A stretch of 64,000 nt of DNA. Source: an uncultured Chloroflexia bacterium (GTDB lineage: Bacteria; Chloroflexota; Limnocylindria; Limnocylindrales; CSP1-4). A program made the translations under genes and the position numbers. A model generated the notes under the pieces. That model made no database searches. It saw only the letters and a program-made list of their open reading frames with translations, and was not told the origin of the DNA. Shown here piece by piece: positions 60,978-64,000 of the stretch (its first letter is position 1; each line of letters opens with the position of its first letter). The DNA lies in contig CAVVHT010000009.1 of NCBI GenBank assembly GCA_963748235.1, forward strand, positions 1,268,606 to 1,332,605, given 5' to 3'.

Positions 60978-61579
60978 TGGAATCCTGCGGGCAGCGTCTC
61001 GCCCGCCTCGACCGAGATGTCGAGGCGGTTCGATGGCGGCGGATAGGGACAGTCGTACGCCGGGCTGAACACGCATGACGGGTTGTACGCGTAGTTGAAG
61101 TCGAGCTCGACCACCTCATCGTCCGGCTCGAAGGGCACCTCGAGGTACCGGCCGGCGCCATAGGTCGTGGTGCCCGACGTTGCGTCGCGGAAGGGGACGA
61201 AGAGGGTGTCGTAGCCCTCGCGGTCCTTGGTGATGAAGCCGGTCAGCCGCTGCTCGGCGCCGCCGCGTTCGAAGACGAGCTGGCCGACGTTGACCATCTT
61301 GCGCAGCTGGCCGGTCGAGGTGGCCAGCTCGACCGTCTCGCCGGCGCCTGGAGCGGCACGGTCAATTGTTGCCTCGAGCCGCCAGTGGGGCGCCGGCGGG
61401 AAGTAGCGCGGACCGTCGAAGCCTTCGGGCGGGCCGTGGCCACGCCAGTCGAACTGATGCATGTAGTAGTGAGCGGCCGCTTCGCGCAGCTGAGCCAGCT
61501 CGTCCTCCCACGGCAGCGCATGGTGGTGATGCTCATGCTCGTCGTGGTCGTGGTCGTGGTCGTGGTTGTGGTCGCTCAT
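60974..61579 (-). CDS. DUF1684 domain protein with His/Asp-rich N-terminus
   Basis: MSDHNHDHDHDHDEHEHHHH.., then YFPPAPHWRLEA..LFVPFRDATSGTTTYGAGRYLE..LDFNYAYNPSCVFSPAYDCPYPPPSNRL (DUF1684 signature). Confidence 0.8.
   Translation of the reverse strand: MSDHNHDHDHDHDEHEHHHHALPWEDELAQLREAAAHYYMHQFDWRGHGPPEGFDGPRYFPPAPHWRLEATIDRAAPGAGETVELATSTGQLRKMVNVGQLVFERGGAEQRLTGFITKDREGYDTLFVPFRDATSGTTTYGAGRYLEVPFEPDDEVVELDFNYAYNPSCVFSPAYDCPYPPPSNRLDISVEAGETLPAGFH
61541..61570 (-). repeat. hexanucleotide microsatellite (CACGAC)4-5 encoding (His-Asp)n
   Basis: Plus strand reads gtcgtg x4 then gttgtg, inside the DUF1684 N-terminal codons. Confidence 0.85.
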
Positions 61580-61591
61580 GGCGATGTCAGT

Positions 61592-62922
61592 ATGGCGAGG
61601 ATGAACGAAGACCCCATCAGCGCACGGCTGCGTCGAATTCACGAACAGCATGCGACGCTCACCGAGGGACTCGCTTCCTACATTCCCGAGCTCACCCTTG
61701 CCGATCCCGGCTGGTTCGGGATCTGCCTCGTCACGGCCGACGGCTCGATCTATGAAACCGGCGACACGCGCCAGCTCAGTTCACGATCCAGTCCATCTCC
61801 AAGCCCTTCACCTACGGCTTGATCCTCGACGAGCAGGGGTCGCCAGAGGTGCGAGCGCGAATCGGCGTCGAGCCCACGGGAGAGGCGTTCAACGAGATCT
61901 CCCTCGACCCTGCCACCGGTATGCCCCTGAACCCGATGATCAACGCCGGCGCGATCACGGCGGCAGGAATGGTCGTCGAGCGTCACGGCGTGACGGCCAT
62001 CGAGCAGCTGATCGCAACGTACGGCCAATTCGCCGGTCGTCCGCTGACCGTCGATGAGGCGGTCTTCGCATCCGAACGCGCGACGGCGCATCGCAACCGG
62101 GCAATAGCTCATTTGCTCGTTGGGTCGGGCGCTCTGCGCGTCGATCCGGAGCTCGCGCTCGACACGTATCTCCGCCAGTGCTCGATCCTCGTCAACGCGC
62201 GCGACCTCGCGTTCACGGCAGCTACGCTGGCCAATAGCGGCGTCAATCCGATCAGCGGCGAACAGGCCGCATCGCCGATGACGATCACCCGGATGCTGAC
62301 CGTGATGGCCAGCTGCGGAATGTACGACGGCGCCGGCAGCTGGCTGTTCGAGGTTGGCCTGCCGGCCAAGAGTGGCGTTGCCGGCGGAATCATCGCCGTA
62401 CTTCCCGGGCGGCTCGGAATTGCCGTCGTCTTCTCACCGCCACTGGACGGCAACGGCAACAGCGTCCGAGGCGTGGCAGTGTGCCGCCAGTTGTCGACTG
62501 AGCTCGGGTTGCACCTGGCGCGGTCGGGTCGAGTGGGGCATTCGTCGGTTCGTGCCGCCCACACCCTCGCTCGCGTCCGCTCGAAGCGGATTCGGCCCGA
62601 ACCAGAGGCTGCGCTGTTGCACACACAGGGTGATGACGTGCTCGTAATCGAGATGCAGGGCGAGCTCGATTTCACCGCCGTAGAGCTGGCTGTCCGTCAC
62701 ATCTTCAGCGCACCCAGCAAGCCGCGTTTCGGCATCGTCGACCTGCGTCGGGTCACCAACGTCGACGACGAGGCGAAGCCGTTCCTGGCCGAGCTCGGCG
62801 ACGTTCTCGCGGCGCGCGGCGGGCGACTTATCACCAGCAATTCGGAGCACCTGGAAGGTCCGCCCGGCATCGGGTTGGGCCTGCTGACATTCGACGATCT
62901 CGATCTCGCGATCGAGTGGTGA
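61592..62922 (+). pseudogene. glsA: glutaminase A with C-terminal STAS domain; one frame break (~61772-61779, behaves as -1)
   Basis: MARMNEDPISARL..YIPELTLADPGWFGICLVTADGSIYETGDTRQ is the tail of ORF 61385..61822. FTIQSISKPFTYGLILDEQG..NPMINAGAI..KSGVAGGI continues in ORF 61819..62922. STAS-like VLVIEMQGELDFTAVE..IVDLRRVTNVDDEA. Length is 2 mod 3. Confidence 0.85.
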
Positions 62923-62964
62923 GAGGACGAGCTGGTCGGCAGCCACGACGAGTCGACCAAGACC

Positions 62965-63927
62965 GTGCCACTGCGCGAGCACGAGGCGCTGGTCGGCCTC
63001 GACGAGACCCAGGTCGAAGGTTTGACGCCAGCCATGGAACACCGAATCGTCCCGCCAGACACTGTGGTTCAGCGCGCGGGCCAGCCCTTCGACGGCCTGC
63101 TCTTGATCACGTCGGGCAGCCTGAGCCTGTACCTCGGCACGGAAGACGGCGACAGACGTCGTGTCGCGACTCTCGCCGGCGGGATGATGCTCGGAGAGCT
63201 GTCCGTGGCCGGCGGAACGGCCGCGTTCGACGCGATCGCGGACACCGATGTCGAATACGTTGTGCTGCCTGTCGCGGCCGTCACGGCGCTACGGGCAACG
63301 CACCCGGACACCTGGGCGACGCTCATGACGACACTACTCGCGATCGCCGCGCACCGCGTAGACCGGCTGCGCGACGTTCATGAGCGCACTCGCCGACCAG
63401 CGAGTCAGCGAGCTGCTCAGCGCCCTTTGAGCAGGCTCCGTTCCATTGCCCGCATTGCCTCTCGCTCTGCGGTTCTGGCGTGGTCCCAGCCACAAATGTG
63501 GAGCGCGCCGTGGACGACGAGCTGCCTTAGCTCCTCCTCGGGCGACCAACCCTGCTCCGGTCCCTGTGCGACCGCTCGCTCAACCGACACGACGATGTCG
63601 CCGAGATGCGGCCTGTCGCCCGGGGGCAGCACGAAGCCGGTTGAGGAAGACTTCCGGATGTCCGGATCCTGGTCCTCGTGCGCGGGGAAGGCCGACGGCG
63701 GCAAAAGAGGGAACGACAGTACGTCGGTCGGACCGGCGTGGCCCATGTGCTCCTGGTTGAGCTCGGCCAGTTCCCGGTCATCGGAAAGGATAAGGCCGAG
63801 GCTTCCGGGCGAGGGAGCGCTCGCAGCCGTCAGTGCCCGCGCACAGAGACGGGCAAGTGACTGGATCGGGACGAGCGTCTCAACGCCGGGACGGCGAGTC
63901 GGATCGATGCGCCACGGGGGAAGGTAG
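62965..63927 (+). CDS. cyclic-nucleotide-binding domain protein (3' end doubtful; same frame as glsA)
   Basis: cNMP-binding beta-roll ..VVQRAGQPFDGLLLITSGSLSLYL..RRRVATLAGGMMLGELS..AIADTDVEYVVLP. After ~63390 the ORF runs antisense through ybeY with low-complexity sequence, so the true stop is probably at or before 63430. Confidence 0.5.
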   Translation: MPLREHEALVGLDETQVEGLTPAMEHRIVPPDTVVQRAGQPFDGLLLITSGSLSLYLGTEDGDRRRVATLAGGMMLGELSVAGGTAAFDAIADTDVEYVVLPVAAVTALRATHPDTWATLMTTLLAIAAHRVDRLRDVHERTRRPASQRAAQRPLSRLRSIARIASRSAVLAWSQPQMWSAPWTTSCLSSSSGDQPCSGPCATARSTDTTMSPRCGLSPGGSTKPVEEDFRMSGSWSSCAGKADGGKRGNDSTSVGPAWPMCSWLSSASSRSSERIRPRLPGEGALAAVSARAQRRASDWIGTSVSTPGRRVGSMRHGGR

Positions 63928-63938
63928 ATCGACGCCAC
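63417..63938 (-). CDS. ybeY: rRNA maturation endoribonuclease YbeY
   Basis: GPTDVLSFP.., LGDIVVS.., HGALHICGWDH (HGxLHLxGYDH zinc motif). Confidence 0.85.
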   Translation of the reverse strand: MASIYLPPWRIDPTRRPGVETLVPIQSLARLCARALTAASAPSPGSLGLILSDDRELAELNQEHMGHAGPTDVLSFPLLPPSAFPAHEDQDPDIRKSSSTGFVLPPGDRPHLGDIVVSVERAVAQGPEQGWSPEEELRQLVVHGALHICGWDHARTAEREAMRAMERSLLKGR

Positions 63939-63954
63939 GCGCCGGCGGCCTCGG

Positions 63955-64000
63955 CTAGGCGCTGTTCTGGCCGCCGGCGGCGCGGCGCGACTCGATCTCG
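63955..64000 (-). CDS. 3' end of an unidentified upstream gene (partial)
   Basis: Minus-strand reading ..EIESRRAAGGQNSA* with TAG at 63957..63955. Too short to assign. Confidence 0.3.
   Translation of the reverse strand, partial: EIESRRAAGGQNSA

Overview
Gene-dense, visibly high-GC bacterial chromosomal segment (roughly two-thirds G+C by eye, not computed). I count about 65 protein-coding genes. Most sit in housekeeping operons whose genes are joined by 1-4 nt start/stop overlaps (ATGA/GTGA/TTGA/TAATG); I used these overlaps to refine many starts. I recognised no rRNA, tRNA, CRISPR, transposase or integrase. Blocks in order: (1) ECF sigma/anti-sigma -> accD-accA-accB-accC-fabZ -> phosphoesterase (minus strand). 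(2) Sulfotransferase; an XRE regulator bracketed by inverted arrays of a 20-bp tandem repeat; birA, thrB, thrC. (3) SARP/BTAD-TPR regulator, trpS, AI-2E transporter, surE. (4) A Vps62-like membrane protein operon and an 1170-aa zinc-ribbon/class III cyclase/STAND ATPase/TPR protein. (5) Two tandem CrtI-family oxidoreductases, a small Cys/His protein and a GcvT-like enzyme. (6) An SDR/SRPBCC/FAD-oxidoreductase/DUF1365/Cfa-type methyltransferase lipid-modification cluster (furan-fatty-acid UfaD/UfaO/UfaM-like). It converges on a CarH-type AdoB12 photoreceptor regulator, which is the last gene of a cobalamin-riboswitch-controlled operon (uncharacterised 189-aa protein + BtuFCD-like importer). (7) A secreted metzincin cluster. 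(8) manC-manB-PGI/PMI. (9) SAM-cycle genes metK and ahcY, an eIF2B/MtnA-like paralogue, and apt. (10) VapBC islet, mfd, pth. (11) DUF1684, glutaminase-STAS followed in frame by a cNMP-binding ORF, and ybeY. The most striking cross-cutting feature is at least 19 single-nucleotide frame disruptions in otherwise well-conserved genes, including metK, mfd and accB. Nearly all behave as +1 insertions, and several come in compensating triplets. I interpret these as probable consensus/assembly indels rather than true pseudogenes, but this needs read-level checking. All family assignments rest on motifs I recognise by eye in the translations; no database search was run.
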